DNA of 64,000 nucleotides from Candidatus Bruticola papionis (GTDB taxonomy: Bacteria; Vulcanimicrobiota; Xenobia; Xenobiales; Xenobiaceae). The stretch spans positions 22,585-86,584 of the forward strand of contig DHKB01000048.1 of assembly GCA_002407045.1 (NCBI GenBank). Direction: 5' to 3'. The position numbers and the translations under genes are program-made. Positions 1 through 10,307 of the stretch are shown here, in pieces (within the stretch, counting starts at the first letter, position 1; the number at the start of each line of letters is the position of its first letter). Below the pieces are notes generated by a model, which saw only the letters and a list, made by a program, of their open reading frames with translations, made no database searches and was not told the origin of the DNA.

Positions 1-79
1 CAAAAGAGCTAATTTCAACTTCTTAGCATGCTTCCCCCAGCTAAAGCCAGGGGATTCAGAGATATTAAACTAAAGCCAA

Positions 80-655
80 TTATTCGCTTTTCTGACTTTG
101 GGCCAATTCTTCCATAGAAGCTACAATCTCTGCCACCACCTTTAAATCGGCGGACAGCTTCTGTATATCGATGCCTTGTTGAGAAATTCGATCGATTATT
201 TCAGAATTCAATTTCTTGATGACAGGCCTAGCCTCTTGAAGTGCTCGGCGCCCAGATTCGCTTATTTTTAGGAGTTTGCCACGTTCTGATTTGCCGTTTT
301 TCTTTTCTTCGGCCCAGCTGTTTTCCTGAACCAAAACTCTCATATTACGACACATAGTGGCTGTATCAACCCCTAAATGTTTGGCCAGTTCTACTTGAGA
401 GACACCATCTCTAGCCTCTTGATAGTGCTCGGAATCACACCAGCTCAAATCTTCAAGAGCTTCCAAAACAGCTACTTGAGTAACTCTGATAGGTAACTCC
501 ACACGAAAAGCAGTTGCGGTATTATTGCTGCTCCTGCGAGTACGTTCGACAGAAACTTTTGGCATCAGCGTATTGTAAAGACGCGTCATAGCCCTAGACA
601 GAGAACGAAGGTCGGAGCAAAGAGAGCTGTCTACGTCACCAGTTTTTTTCATCAA
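80..655 (-). CDS. MarR-family winged-helix transcriptional regulator
   Basis: The 191-aa ORF has a central wHTH segment (SQVELAKHLGVDTATMCRNMRVLVQE...KLLKISESGRRAL) typical of MarR/SlyA. It is divergent from the add-like gene. Confidence 0.7.
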   Translation of the reverse strand: MMKKTGDVDSSLCSDLRSLSRAMTRLYNTLMPKVSVERTRRSSNNTATAFRVELPIRVTQVAVLEALEDLSWCDSEHYQEARDGVSQVELAKHLGVDTATMCRNMRVLVQENSWAEEKKNGKSERGKLLKISESGRRALQEARPVIKKLNSEIIDRISQQGIDIQKLSADLKVVAEIVASMEELAQSQKSE

Positions 656-1070
656 ATTATTCCCTGCAAGCGTATAGCAGAAACTAAATCTCCTGTCAGG
701 TAAAAAACCTCACTTTCCTCAGCTGAAGCATATGTAAATATATTCAATACAAGCTGCCCATTAGCTACTCACGGCAGCTTTGAAATTGGCGAATTTTACG
801 CATTATCGGCCTTTTTCCCGAATCGAAGAAGCGACGTTAGCCTTCTCACAAAAACGGTAATCCAACCAATACGCTTTAAACTTCTGCCTAAAACAGATTT
901 TCCTTTGTTTAACCTAACTCCACCCAAAGTCTTCCTTAGCAGGTGTAGTTGGAAGCTATAAAATCTAGTTTTTTTGCATAATACCCCACAAAGTAGCAGA
1001 TTGTTTAGGCAGGAAAAACGCGTTTTATAACCGAAGTCGGGGGGTTAAAACGGAGGATAAAGATAGATAT

Positions 1071-2294
1071 ATGATATTACCTCGCGAGATAATCAGCGCT
1101 CTGCCTAAGACCGACTTACACTTACATCTTGATGGTTCATTGCGTTTGAGTTCCCTTATCGAGATGGCCAAAGAGCGTAACGTTAAACTTCCTTCCTATA
1201 CAGAAGAAGGTATGAACGAACTCGTATTTCGCCCTCATTACAACAACTTAGTTGAATACTTAGAAGGCTTCAACTACACTTGTGCGATTCTCGTCGACGA
1301 AGAGGCTTTAGAAAGAACAGCTTATGAATTAGCTTGGGATAATATCAACGAAGGCGTACGTTATATCGAAACACGCTTCGCCCCCCAACTTCATATCAAT
1401 GAAAAACTCTCCTTAGAGCAAATTATTCGTGCCGTCAACAGAGGTTTTGCCAAAGCCGAAGCCGAGTACAACTCTTCTCCGGCCGTAACCGAAAATGGTG
1501 AACCTCCTTTCCACTATGGCTTAATTACTTGCGCTATGCGCTTTTTTGTGGCCGCCAGCTCTCCTTACTATGCCAAATTGATGGAAGTATTCAGAGAGGC
1601 TCCCCTCAAAGAGATTTATTCTATGGCTTCCTTGGAACTGGCTAGAGCCGTAGTGCGTTTACGTGACGAAGAAGGCATCCCGATTGTGGGCTTCGACTTA
1701 GCCGGAGCTGAAGCTGGCCATCCCGCTAGCGATCACGAGGCAGCCTATCACTACGTACATAAAAACTTTATGCACAAAACCGTACATGCAGGCGAAGCCT
1801 ACGGTCCCGAGAGTATTTTCCAGGCTATCACCGACTTGCATGCCGATCGTATCGGTCACGGTTATCACCTCTTCTCTCCTGAGCTCTGCGGCCCCAATGT
1901 CAAAGATCCTCAGCAATACATTGAGCGTTTAATTCGCCATATTGCCGATAGCCGCACTACTATTGAAGTGTGCATCACTAGCAATATGCAAACCAACCCT
2001 GCTATAGGCGACGTTAAGAACCACGCTTTTGGCAAGATGTTAGCTAACAACTTATCGGCCACGCTGTGCACAGACAACCGTTTAGTCAGCCATACCACCG
2101 TGACCAACGAAGTAGAGTTGGCCCTCAAGACTTTCGATCTTACTCCCAGACAGTTGCGTGACACTATCGTCTATGGATTCAAACGCAGCTTCTTCTTCGG
2201 TCCCTACACCGAGAGACGTAAGTACGTTCGTCAAGTACTCAACTACTACGATTCCATTATTGAAAAATACAATAAAGAGCAAGAGAGCAAGTAG
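1071..2294 (+). CDS. add: Adenosine deaminase family metallo-hydrolase
   Basis: N-terminal metal-binding motif DLHLHLDGSLR, catalytic HAGE, HADRIGHGYHL, and C-terminal TDN motifs are present. An SD (GGAGGA) lies 8 nt upstream of the ATG. At 407 aa it is longer than canonical Add. Confidence 0.8.
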   Translation: MILPREIISALPKTDLHLHLDGSLRLSSLIEMAKERNVKLPSYTEEGMNELVFRPHYNNLVEYLEGFNYTCAILVDEEALERTAYELAWDNINEGVRYIETRFAPQLHINEKLSLEQIIRAVNRGFAKAEAEYNSSPAVTENGEPPFHYGLITCAMRFFVAASSPYYAKLMEVFREAPLKEIYSMASLELARAVVRLRDEEGIPIVGFDLAGAEAGHPASDHEAAYHYVHKNFMHKTVHAGEAYGPESIFQAITDLHADRIGHGYHLFSPELCGPNVKDPQQYIERLIRHIADSRTTIEVCITSNMQTNPAIGDVKNHAFGKMLANNLSATLCTDNRLVSHTTVTNEVELALKTFDLTPRQLRDTIVYGFKRSFFFGPYTERRKYVRQVLNYYDSIIEKYNKEQESK

Positions 2295-2345
2295 TTTCTT
2301 TCTCTTTGAGTCTACAATCATAACGCGATTGTAAACATCTTGCTT

Positions 2346-2397
2346 AAAGCTCCACTTTTCTTTCTCGCGAAAGGAAAGTGGAGCTTTTGCTATTTTA
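2346..2397 (+). terminator. Rho-independent terminator after add
   Basis: Perfect 13-bp stem (aaagctccacttt / aaagtggagcttt) followed by a T-rich tract. Confidence 0.6.
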
Positions 2398-2583
2398 TGG
2401 GTATAAACTCTGCTTTTATAAAAAGCCTTTTTACATAAAAGAAGGCGAATCTATGTCGAGACGTTAACTTCCTGCTCACACCAATTAACTTATTTTGTCC
2501 TATATTCGATAATGTAGAATTGTTTGTTGATCATCAAGATGATTAAGAATAAAAATCAGCTTGATGATCTCGACGGAGGTTCC

Positions 2584-4092
2584 ATGATCAATAGTATTGG
2601 CTCTGCTTCCATATCCACTTTGCAACCGGGAAGCTTAGCTGCTTCCAAAAACAAAGTTCAAGCTCCTCAAGAGGAAAAGCTCTACTGTCAGGCAGCTATT
2701 TCTGACCAAGTAGAGATTCGCCCTCAGACCAAGCTTGAAAAAGTTCTGGCCGCCACCAGCGCCAAAGCAGCCCAATTAGAGCAAGATCTCGAGCCACACG
2801 TACCCGGTCAGGTTATTGTAAAAACCAAGGGCTCTCTTATGCAGAGCACCGGCAATATTGCCAAGAAATACGGTGCTACCGTTTTGGAGAAATTCAGCAA
2901 CGGAACCAGCGTTTTCAAGGGTATGCAGGGCGAGATGCTCCATATTCAGCTGCCTGAAGGCATGACCACAGCTCAGGCTATGGCTGCTATGCAGGAAGAT
3001 CCTGAAATAGAATATGCCGTACCCAATTCCATCTATACTTTAGAAGATGACGCACCTGCCCAGGCTCCAGCTGAAAGTGGCAGCACCACAGTAAAAACCG
3101 ATCAAGGCAAAGTTCCCAACGACTTAGACTCTAAGCTCTGGGGCTTAAAAAATGACGGCCAAGATGGCGGCACGCCCGGAGTAGATATCGACGCTTCTTT
3201 GGCTTGGCAAAAAACTACCGGTCTTCCCAACGGTCAAGGCCCCATTATTGCAGTTATCGATACCGGCGTAGACTACAACCATCCCGATTTAGTCAACAAT
3301 ATCTGGACTAATACCGGCGAAATTCCTGGCAATGGCATTGACGACGATGGCAACGGCGTTATTGACGATGTACATGGCTACAACGCTTTCGATGATAACG
3401 GCGATCCCATGGATGTACACTCTCACGGTACCCATTGCGCTGGTACTATTGCCGCCGAAGGCAATAACGGACAAGGCGTAGTTGGTGTCAACTGGCAAGC
3501 CACCATTATGCCGATTAAAATCTTTAATGACAAAGGACGTACTGACGCTGCGGCCATTATTCGCGGTATCAACTACGCTTCCCAAAACGGCGCCCGCATT
3601 ACTTCCAATTCGTGGGGCGGCGGCGAAGCTAATCAAGCCATTAAAGAGGCCTTTGCTCGCTCCAGCGCCTTGCACATTATGGCTGCGGGTAACTCTTCAG
3701 ACAATAATGACCAGACGCCTCACTTCCCCAGCAGTTACGATTTACCCAACTCGATAGCCGTAGCTGCTACCGACCGCAACGATGAGCTGTGCTATTTCTC
3801 TTGCTACGGCGAAAAGTCGGTCGATATTGCTGCTCCTGGCGAAGACATATACTCCACTATTCCTGGCGGAGGCTATGGCAATAAGAGCGGTACTTCTATG
3901 GCAACTCCTCACGTTAGCGGCGCAGCCGGTTTGCTTTTAGCTATGGATCCAACCATGAGCAATGACGAAATCAAAACCCGCCTCTTCGAAGGAGCCGACA
4001 AAGTGGAAGGCTTAAAAGGCGTTGTTTCTACTGGAGCCCGCTTAAACGTCAACGGAGCTATGGAATACAATTACCAAGCTCCCAACGCTTAG
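2584..4092 (+). CDS. Subtilisin-like serine protease (peptidase S8) with I9-like propeptide, paralog A
   Basis: Catalytic triad motifs VIDTGVDYNHPDL (Asp), HGTHCAGTIAA (His) and GTSMATPHVSGAAGLL (Ser). The start is placed at the ATG preceded by GGAGG (MINSIGS...). The longer ORF from 2524 lacks an SD. No Sec signal peptide is present. Confidence 0.85.
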   Translation: MINSIGSASISTLQPGSLAASKNKVQAPQEEKLYCQAAISDQVEIRPQTKLEKVLAATSAKAAQLEQDLEPHVPGQVIVKTKGSLMQSTGNIAKKYGATVLEKFSNGTSVFKGMQGEMLHIQLPEGMTTAQAMAAMQEDPEIEYAVPNSIYTLEDDAPAQAPAESGSTTVKTDQGKVPNDLDSKLWGLKNDGQDGGTPGVDIDASLAWQKTTGLPNGQGPIIAVIDTGVDYNHPDLVNNIWTNTGEIPGNGIDDDGNGVIDDVHGYNAFDDNGDPMDVHSHGTHCAGTIAAEGNNGQGVVGVNWQATIMPIKIFNDKGRTDAAAIIRGINYASQNGARITSNSWGGGEANQAIKEAFARSSALHIMAAGNSSDNNDQTPHFPSSYDLPNSIAVAATDRNDELCYFSCYGEKSVDIAAPGEDIYSTIPGGGYGNKSGTSMATPHVSGAAGLLLAMDPTMSNDEIKTRLFEGADKVEGLKGVVSTGARLNVNGAMEYNYQAPNA

Positions 4093-4268
4093 CTTCTAGT
4101 TTTGTCTGTAAATAGTGCCTTTGTTTAGCTATTAAGTAAAAATAAAGGTAAACAAGGGTCGATCTTTCTTAGCTTCAATTATAAAAAGCCAGGAGGCTCG
4201 GCCCGTCTTCAATAGAATTTGTATATTAATACATTTCCGTTCAAAAAAAAAATGTTCTAGGAGGCAAG

Positions 4269-5720
4269 ATGATTTCCAATATCGGCCCCAACAGTATAAA
4301 TCAATTACAAAGCACTTATACTCCCCAAGCTGCCACAAAATCGGAAGCTAAAGCAGAAAATTCTAATCCTCAAGTTAGTTCCGACTCTGTGAGCTTAGGC
4401 TCAGAAAAAAGCTCTTTAGGTGAATTCGTTCCTGGTCAGGTTATCATTAAAACCCGCGGTTCCATGATGGCCAGCCTCAACAACGAAAGTGTTGTCGAAA
4501 AATACGGCGCCAAAGTGCTGGACAACTTCCAGATTCCCGGTCGCATGAAAGCTGCCGGTGCTGGTCAAATGATGCAACTTCAGCTTCCCGAAGGTATGAC
4601 CACCGAAGAAGCTTTAGCGCAAATGCAACAGGATCCCAGCATTGAATTTGCCGTTCCTAACACCATTTACCACGCTGAAGATGTTGCCAAAGGTCAAGAG
4701 TTTACCCGTGAGCAATTAGCCGAAGGCAAGGTTCCCAACGACGCCAAGTTTAGTCAGCAGTGGGACATGTACAATGACGGCAGCAAAAACGGTACCGCCC
4801 GCGCCGACATTCACGCCCCCGAAGCTTGGCAAATTACTACCGGTTTACCCAACGGACAGGGTCCTCTAATTGCCGTTATCGATACTGGTGTCGATATCAC
4901 TCACCCCGATTTAGCGGCCAATATCTACACCAACACTAAAGAGATCCCCGACAATGGTATTGACGATGACGGTAACGGTTTTGTAGACGACTATCAGGGC
5001 TGGAATGCTTGCTTGCAAAATGGTGACGTTATGGATCGCCAGGGCCATGGAACTCACGTTGCCGGTACGATCGGTGCTGTAGGCAATAATGGCGAAGGTG
5101 TTACCGGTATAAACTGGTCGGCCACTATTTTGCCCGTTAAAATTTTCAGCGATGATGGTGGTGCCGATGCCGCTTCTATTATTCGCGGTATCAATTATGC
5201 CAATTCCGTAGGTGCTCGCTTAACTTCCAACTCTTGGGGCGGTGGCCCGGCGAACCCTGCCATTCAGGAAGCTTTCCGCAATTCGGCTGATGCCTTGCAC
5301 ATGATGTCGGCTGGCAACTCCGGAACCAACAATGACGTTCATCCTCACTATCCTTCCGACTACGGCTTACCTAACAACGTCGCTGTGGCTGCTACCGATC
5401 GCAACGATCAATTAGCAAAATTCTCTTGCTACGGAGAAAACAACGTTGACATCGCCGCTCCTGGCAAAGATATCCTTTCCACCATCCCTGGCGGAGGCTA
5501 CGCTGTCATGAGCGGTACCTCCATGGCTACTCCCCATGTAACCGGCGCTGCCGGCTTGCTCTTAGCCATGGATCCGGAAATGAGCAACGACGAATTGGTA
5601 GCTCGTCTTACCAAAGGCGGCGACCAATTGGAAAGCTTGCAAGGCAAAGTAGGTAGCGGTGCTCGCCTTAATATCGAAGGCGCCATGAAGTACGATTACC
5701 AAGGCCAAAAGGTCAAGTAA
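4269..5720 (+). CDS. Subtilisin-like serine protease (peptidase S8), paralog B
   Basis: Same D/H/S motifs (VIDTGVDITHPDL, HGTHVAGTIGA, GTSMATPHVTGAAGLL). AGGAGG lies 5 nt upstream of the ATG. The N-terminus MISNIGPNSINQLQ parallels paralog A. Confidence 0.85.
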   Translation: MISNIGPNSINQLQSTYTPQAATKSEAKAENSNPQVSSDSVSLGSEKSSLGEFVPGQVIIKTRGSMMASLNNESVVEKYGAKVLDNFQIPGRMKAAGAGQMMQLQLPEGMTTEEALAQMQQDPSIEFAVPNTIYHAEDVAKGQEFTREQLAEGKVPNDAKFSQQWDMYNDGSKNGTARADIHAPEAWQITTGLPNGQGPLIAVIDTGVDITHPDLAANIYTNTKEIPDNGIDDDGNGFVDDYQGWNACLQNGDVMDRQGHGTHVAGTIGAVGNNGEGVTGINWSATILPVKIFSDDGGADAASIIRGINYANSVGARLTSNSWGGGPANPAIQEAFRNSADALHMMSAGNSGTNNDVHPHYPSDYGLPNNVAVAATDRNDQLAKFSCYGENNVDIAAPGKDILSTIPGGGYAVMSGTSMATPHVTGAAGLLLAMDPEMSNDELVARLTKGGDQLESLQGKVGSGARLNIEGAMKYDYQGQKVK

Positions 5721-5777
5721 GCATACTCTTTTTAGGAAGCTGACTTTTTAAAGTTAAGTTTCCGCCAATTTACTAGC

Positions 5778-5826
5778 CACAGAGGGCGTCTCTTCGAAAG
5801 CTCAGCTTAAAGAGACGCCCTCTGTG
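5778..5826 (+). terminator. Stem-loop (perfect 16-bp stem) downstream of the subtilase pair
   Basis: cacagagggcgtctct ... agagacgccctctgtg with a 17-nt loop. There is no clear T-tract, so it may be a terminator or an RNA-stability element. Confidence 0.45.
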
Positions 5827-5858
5827 CGTCCAAAAATCGTTTTTATAGGAAATTATCT

Positions 5859-6719
5859 ATGCCCAGTCAGTACCAGCCCTATCTAGACTTAGCCCTCAAA
5901 GCTGCCCAACGAGCTGGCGAGCTCATTCGCAAAGCCGTCGGCGAGTCTCACCATATCGATAAAAAAGGCCGCATCAATTTAGTAACTGAAGTCGACAAAG
6001 CTAGCGAAGAGCTTATCTTTTCTTTAATAAAGAGTACCTTCCCTGAACATAGCATTTTAGGTGAAGAACAAGGCCAAATTGTAGGCAGTGACAACAATTG
6101 CCGTTGGATCGTCGACCCTCTGGACGGCACTACCAATTTCGCTTCAGGCTATCCTTTTTTTGCCGTATCTATCGCTTTTGAGCTCAACGGACAAGTAGTA
6201 GTCGGCGTAGTCCACGATCCTTGTCACGAAGAGACCTTCTATGCCATTTTAGGCGAAGGCGCCTACTTAAACAGCCAGCCTATACACGTAAGTGACACTT
6301 CCGTTTTGGAAGATGCTCTTTTAGTTACCGGTTTTCCTTACGATGTCAGTAGTTCACCTGATATTCATTTGGGCATGTTCCACGATTTGATTATCAAAGC
6401 CAGAGGTGTACGTCGCGACGGTTCTGCCGCCTTAGACCTTTGCTATATAGCTTGTGGTCGTTTTGACGGCTACTGGGAATTGGGCCTTTCTCCTTGGGAT
6501 ATCGCTGCTGGTTCCTTAATAGTTAAAGAAGCAGGTGGCAAGATGAGTGATTTCTTAGGCGAACCGCACAACATGTTGTATCGCGACCTAATGGCTTCCA
6601 ATGGAAAAATTCATCCAGCCCTCTTGGAAGCTGCTAAAAAGTACACCACAGCTTTACGCCAGTCTCCTTATTGGATCGAAAAGGGCGAGCGTATCGATCA
6701 TTCCACTTACAAACGCTGA
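5859..6719 (+). CDS. suhB: Inositol monophosphatase family protein (SuhB-like)
   Basis: IMPase motif WIVDPLDGTTNF and the ~286-aa length fit the family. An AGGAAA SD is present. Confidence 0.8.
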   Translation: MPSQYQPYLDLALKAAQRAGELIRKAVGESHHIDKKGRINLVTEVDKASEELIFSLIKSTFPEHSILGEEQGQIVGSDNNCRWIVDPLDGTTNFASGYPFFAVSIAFELNGQVVVGVVHDPCHEETFYAILGEGAYLNSQPIHVSDTSVLEDALLVTGFPYDVSSSPDIHLGMFHDLIIKARGVRRDGSAALDLCYIACGRFDGYWELGLSPWDIAAGSLIVKEAGGKMSDFLGEPHNMLYRDLMASNGKIHPALLEAAKKYTTALRQSPYWIEKGERIDHSTYKR

Positions 6720-6890
6720 GGCAGTGCTTGCATTGTTAAATAAGCTTCGTTTTCCGATTTGAAGGCAATTTTATTGCCTAATCGGGCAGGGAAATTCTCT
6801 CAGCCTAAAATTACCGGGCAGGTAGCAGCTCTCTAATGGTTAAGCAAGCTCCTGCCTTTTTAATAAATGCTGCAATAAAGGAAGACTCAT

Positions 6891-8849
6891 ATGGATTCTG
6901 CTAACTGGAATATAGACAAAAGCGACGAACTCTATTCTATCAAGCGTTGGGGAGCTCCATATTTTTCTATCAATTCCAACGGTCATTTAGTGGTATCGCC
7001 CCAAGGTGAGCGCGGCGGTTCTATCGATCTTTACACTTTAATTGAAGCTCTGAAAGGGCGTGGTTTAAGTTTGCCTATTCTGCTTCGTTTTCCAGATATT
7101 CTCCAAGATCGTATCGAGCGTTTAAATTCGGCTTTTGCCAGAGCTATAGCCAAATATAATTATCCGGGCGTCTATCGCGGTGTCTTCCCTGTTAAAGTTA
7201 ATCAACAGCGCCATATTATAGAAGAATTGGTTAAATGCGGTACGCCTCATCACTTTGGTTTAGAAGCAGGTTCTAAGCCAGAATTACTGATTGCTCTCTC
7301 GGCTATACATTCCACTGAGTGTCTTATCACTTGCAACGGTTACAAAGACCGCGAATATTTGGAAACAGCCATTTTAGCTTCCAAACTTGGGAAAAAAGTC
7401 ATCATCATTTTGGAGCAACTAGACGAAGTATGTTTGGCCGTACGTGTAGCTAAAGCTCTAAATTTGCCTGCGTCTTTCGGTTTTAGAGTAAAACTCAATC
7501 GTAAAAGCCAAGGCCATTGGGGCAGCAGCGTAGGCGAAAGAGCCAAATTTGGCATGTCCGCCTATGAGATTTATCAAGCTGTACAAATTCTTATCAACAA
7601 CGATATGTTGGAGAATTTGAAGTTGCTTCACTTCCATATCGGTTCGCAAATTTCGGCAATAAGTGTCATCAAAGGAGCTTTGCGCGAAGCCGGTCGCATC
7701 TACGCCGAATTGGTAAAATTAGGCGCTCCTATGGGCTTTTTAGACGTGGGCGGAGGCCTGGCTGTCGACTACGACGGTTCCAAGAGCGACTTCTACGCCT
7801 CTAAAAATTATAATATGCAAAGCTATGCCAACGACGTAGTAGCTGAAATAAATGATGCTTGCAAACAAGCCAAAATTAAAGCTCCTACCATTATTAGTGA
7901 AAGTGGCCGAGCCTTAGCTTCCCACCAATCGATTTTGGTTTTTGACGTTTTAGGTCAAAATAAAGTTGGCAATTTCAATATTCCTCCGGCTGTCGGCGAT
8001 GAAGACTACATTATAAAAACTCTGCGTGAAATTTATGAAGGCATTACTCCGGAAAATGCGCAAGAGTCTTTCCACGACGCTGTCCAATTTAAAGATGAAG
8101 CTCTGAGCGCTTTTCAGTTGGGCATGCTTTCACTCAAAGATCGAGCTCTGGCAGAAAAGTTATACTGGCAATCATGCCGTAAGATCTACGAGACCTTGCG
8201 CGAAGCCAACGCTACTAGCGACGACTTCTTTACTCTAGAGAAATTGCTCTCTACTACTTATTATGTCAATTTGTCAGTTTTCCAATCAGCTCCCGACTCT
8301 TGGGCTCTCGATCAGTTGTTCCCTATTTTACCTATTCATCGTTTAGATACGGCTCCCGACGAAAAAGTTACTCTGGCCGATCTCACTTGCGACTCCGACG
8401 GTAAGATTGACAAATTTATCGATATAAAAGAAGACGTCAATTCTTTGCTAGACGTTCATTCTTTGCGCTTTAATTCCGAGACTAACTTTTACGGCACTGA
8501 AGAAGAAGGTAAAGTTCCCGAACGCTTAAGCCACGAGCCATACTACTTAGGCATGTTTTTAATTGGAGCTTATCAAGAGACTATGGGCAATTTACATAAC
8601 CTCTTCGGCGATACCCATGCTGTACAAGTAAAGCTAACTCCCTCAGGCTACAGACTCGAACATATTGTACGCGGCGACACCATGAGCAAAGTGCTCTCTT
8701 ACTTCCAGTATAACCCAGAAGATTTGCTCGAACGTATGCGCCAGCAATGTGAAGATGCTTTAAGCGAAAATTCTCTCACCTTAGAAATGTCGCAAAAATT
8801 GCTCAATAACTTCGAGCGCAGCTTAGCCAGTTATACTTACATGTCGTGA
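6891..8849 (+). CDS. speA: Biosynthetic arginine decarboxylase
   Basis: 652 aa. The N-terminus (WGAPYFSINSNGHLVV) and the PLP-dependent fold-III decarboxylase core match SpeA. AAGGAAG SD is present. Confidence 0.85.
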   Translation: MDSANWNIDKSDELYSIKRWGAPYFSINSNGHLVVSPQGERGGSIDLYTLIEALKGRGLSLPILLRFPDILQDRIERLNSAFARAIAKYNYPGVYRGVFPVKVNQQRHIIEELVKCGTPHHFGLEAGSKPELLIALSAIHSTECLITCNGYKDREYLETAILASKLGKKVIIILEQLDEVCLAVRVAKALNLPASFGFRVKLNRKSQGHWGSSVGERAKFGMSAYEIYQAVQILINNDMLENLKLLHFHIGSQISAISVIKGALREAGRIYAELVKLGAPMGFLDVGGGLAVDYDGSKSDFYASKNYNMQSYANDVVAEINDACKQAKIKAPTIISESGRALASHQSILVFDVLGQNKVGNFNIPPAVGDEDYIIKTLREIYEGITPENAQESFHDAVQFKDEALSAFQLGMLSLKDRALAEKLYWQSCRKIYETLREANATSDDFFTLEKLLSTTYYVNLSVFQSAPDSWALDQLFPILPIHRLDTAPDEKVTLADLTCDSDGKIDKFIDIKEDVNSLLDVHSLRFNSETNFYGTEEEGKVPERLSHEPYYLGMFLIGAYQETMGNLHNLFGDTHAVQVKLTPSGYRLEHIVRGDTMSKVLSYFQYNPEDLLERMRQQCEDALSENSLTLEMSQKLLNNFERSLASYTYMS

Positions 8850-8879
8850 AATAATTAAGAAACGGAGCTTACCTTAAAA

Positions 8880-10232
8880 GTGAATCCTCTCCCAACAGAA
8901 TCTGAATCCACCCAAACTACAGCTCCTGTTTCCGCTGTCGATAAAAACCGTGAAGCGGTGCCCTCGGAAGTAATTATTGCTTCCGCCAGTAGAGCTTATG
9001 CGCCAACAGCCTTAAATTTGGCTCCGCTAAGCGAGCAAACCGGACACCGCTTAATAAATAGCATCAAAGGGTTGGGCACCATTTTGCTGGCGCTCAGTCT
9101 CATTATCGCTTGCTTCCATCCTTGGACAAAACAAGCTATCGAAGAGACTTTAAGCATTACCCCCTTGCTTTTGCTGGTACTTATTTTCGTCTATGTGGTC
9201 AATCCCATAGTCGAATTTTTAATGGTGCAAATTAGAAAAATACCGGGCGCCCAATATTTTTCTTATACAAAATCACTAGTTGTCACTTACGTTTTACTCT
9301 TGGTACTAGCTTTAAGTGTACTTGCTTTAGCTGCCCCTCAGCTATTTGGTGAAATCAAAAGTTTGGCAGAGAACTTCCCAACTATTACCCAAAAAGCGAT
9401 CGCTATTTTAGATCATTTTCGCCAAACTCACCTAGCAGTTCTACCTAGCAGTGTACAAAGCAACATCACCGAGCTAGTAAATCAAGCCGGAAGTTTGGCT
9501 GGGCAACTTATTAACAGAGGCTTACAATATGCAAGCGCTTTCTCGTCTGCTATAGTTTGGGTTGCTACAGCCATAGTAATGGTTCCTTTTATCTCTTTTT
9601 ACATGCTCAGCGAAGGCCAAGAACTGGTAGATTTTTGGGTTAATTTATTGCCTATTCGCCGCCGCCAACCGGCTAAGAATATTCTGTTGCAATTACATTA
9701 CTCCATGAAAAGCTTCATAAAAGGCCAAGCCTTACTTTGCTGTGCGGTCGGCGGCTTGACCACATTACTTATGGCCCTAGTAATGCCAAAGTATTGTATA
9801 GCTTTAGGAATTATTGCAGGCATTACAGAAGCTATTCCTATAATCGGCCCTATTTTGGGAGCATTGCCAGCCGTACTGTTGGCTTTGGCTTTACCGGATA
9901 CTGGCGGCATTACCTTAGCCTTAATTGTGGCAGCCGTTTATATTCTCATTCAACAAGCTGAAAACAATTTCTTAGTGCCACAAATCATGGGAGATAGTCT
10001 GGGCCTTCACCCTCTCAGTTTGATGATTGGCATGATGGTGTTTGCCAATGTATTTGGCTTTTGGGGAGTAGTATTGGCTTCCCCCATTGTGGCAGCGGTA
10101 AGGATATTAGTTATTCATTATTGCAACCCCGAACTTGAAGCGAAACTTTTAGAGCAATTAAAGCAACGCGAACAGAAAGCGCTAACTTCTGTAAATTCAG
10201 ACGTTAGTGCCGACAGTCAGCCTAAGAATTAG
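8880..10232 (+). CDS. AI-2E family transporter (PerM/UPF0118)
   Basis: Multi-TM protein with the conserved C-terminal block ...LIQQAENNFLVPQIMGDSLGLHPLSLMIGMMVFANVFGFWGVVLASPIVAAV. The GTG start lies 30 nt after the speA stop. Confidence 0.75.
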   Translation: MNPLPTESESTQTTAPVSAVDKNREAVPSEVIIASASRAYAPTALNLAPLSEQTGHRLINSIKGLGTILLALSLIIACFHPWTKQAIEETLSITPLLLLVLIFVYVVNPIVEFLMVQIRKIPGAQYFSYTKSLVVTYVLLLVLALSVLALAAPQLFGEIKSLAENFPTITQKAIAILDHFRQTHLAVLPSSVQSNITELVNQAGSLAGQLINRGLQYASAFSSAIVWVATAIVMVPFISFYMLSEGQELVDFWVNLLPIRRRQPAKNILLQLHYSMKSFIKGQALLCCAVGGLTTLLMALVMPKYCIALGIIAGITEAIPIIGPILGALPAVLLALALPDTGGITLALIVAAVYILIQQAENNFLVPQIMGDSLGLHPLSLMIGMMVFANVFGFWGVVLASPIVAAVRILVIHYCNPELEAKLLEQLKQREQKALTSVNSDVSADSQPKN

Positions 10233-10307
10233 GCGCAGGTAAACAACTTTACAAGAGCGAAACCGCCGGGGAAGTCGTCTTTTTATCGCTCATTTTTTAA
10301 TTATCAG

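Noticed and set aside
660-1070. Possible tRNA or ncRNA genes in the long intergenic regions (also 33103-33311, 39219-39423, 51773-52100).
   Set aside because: No cloverleaf-compatible segments or conserved ncRNA motifs were recognised by eye. This needs tRNAscan or Infernal to be certain.
2524-2583. A longer start for subtilase A (MLIIKMIKNKN...).
   Set aside because: It has no SD. The ATG at 2584 has GGAGG at optimal spacing and aligns with the start of paralog B.
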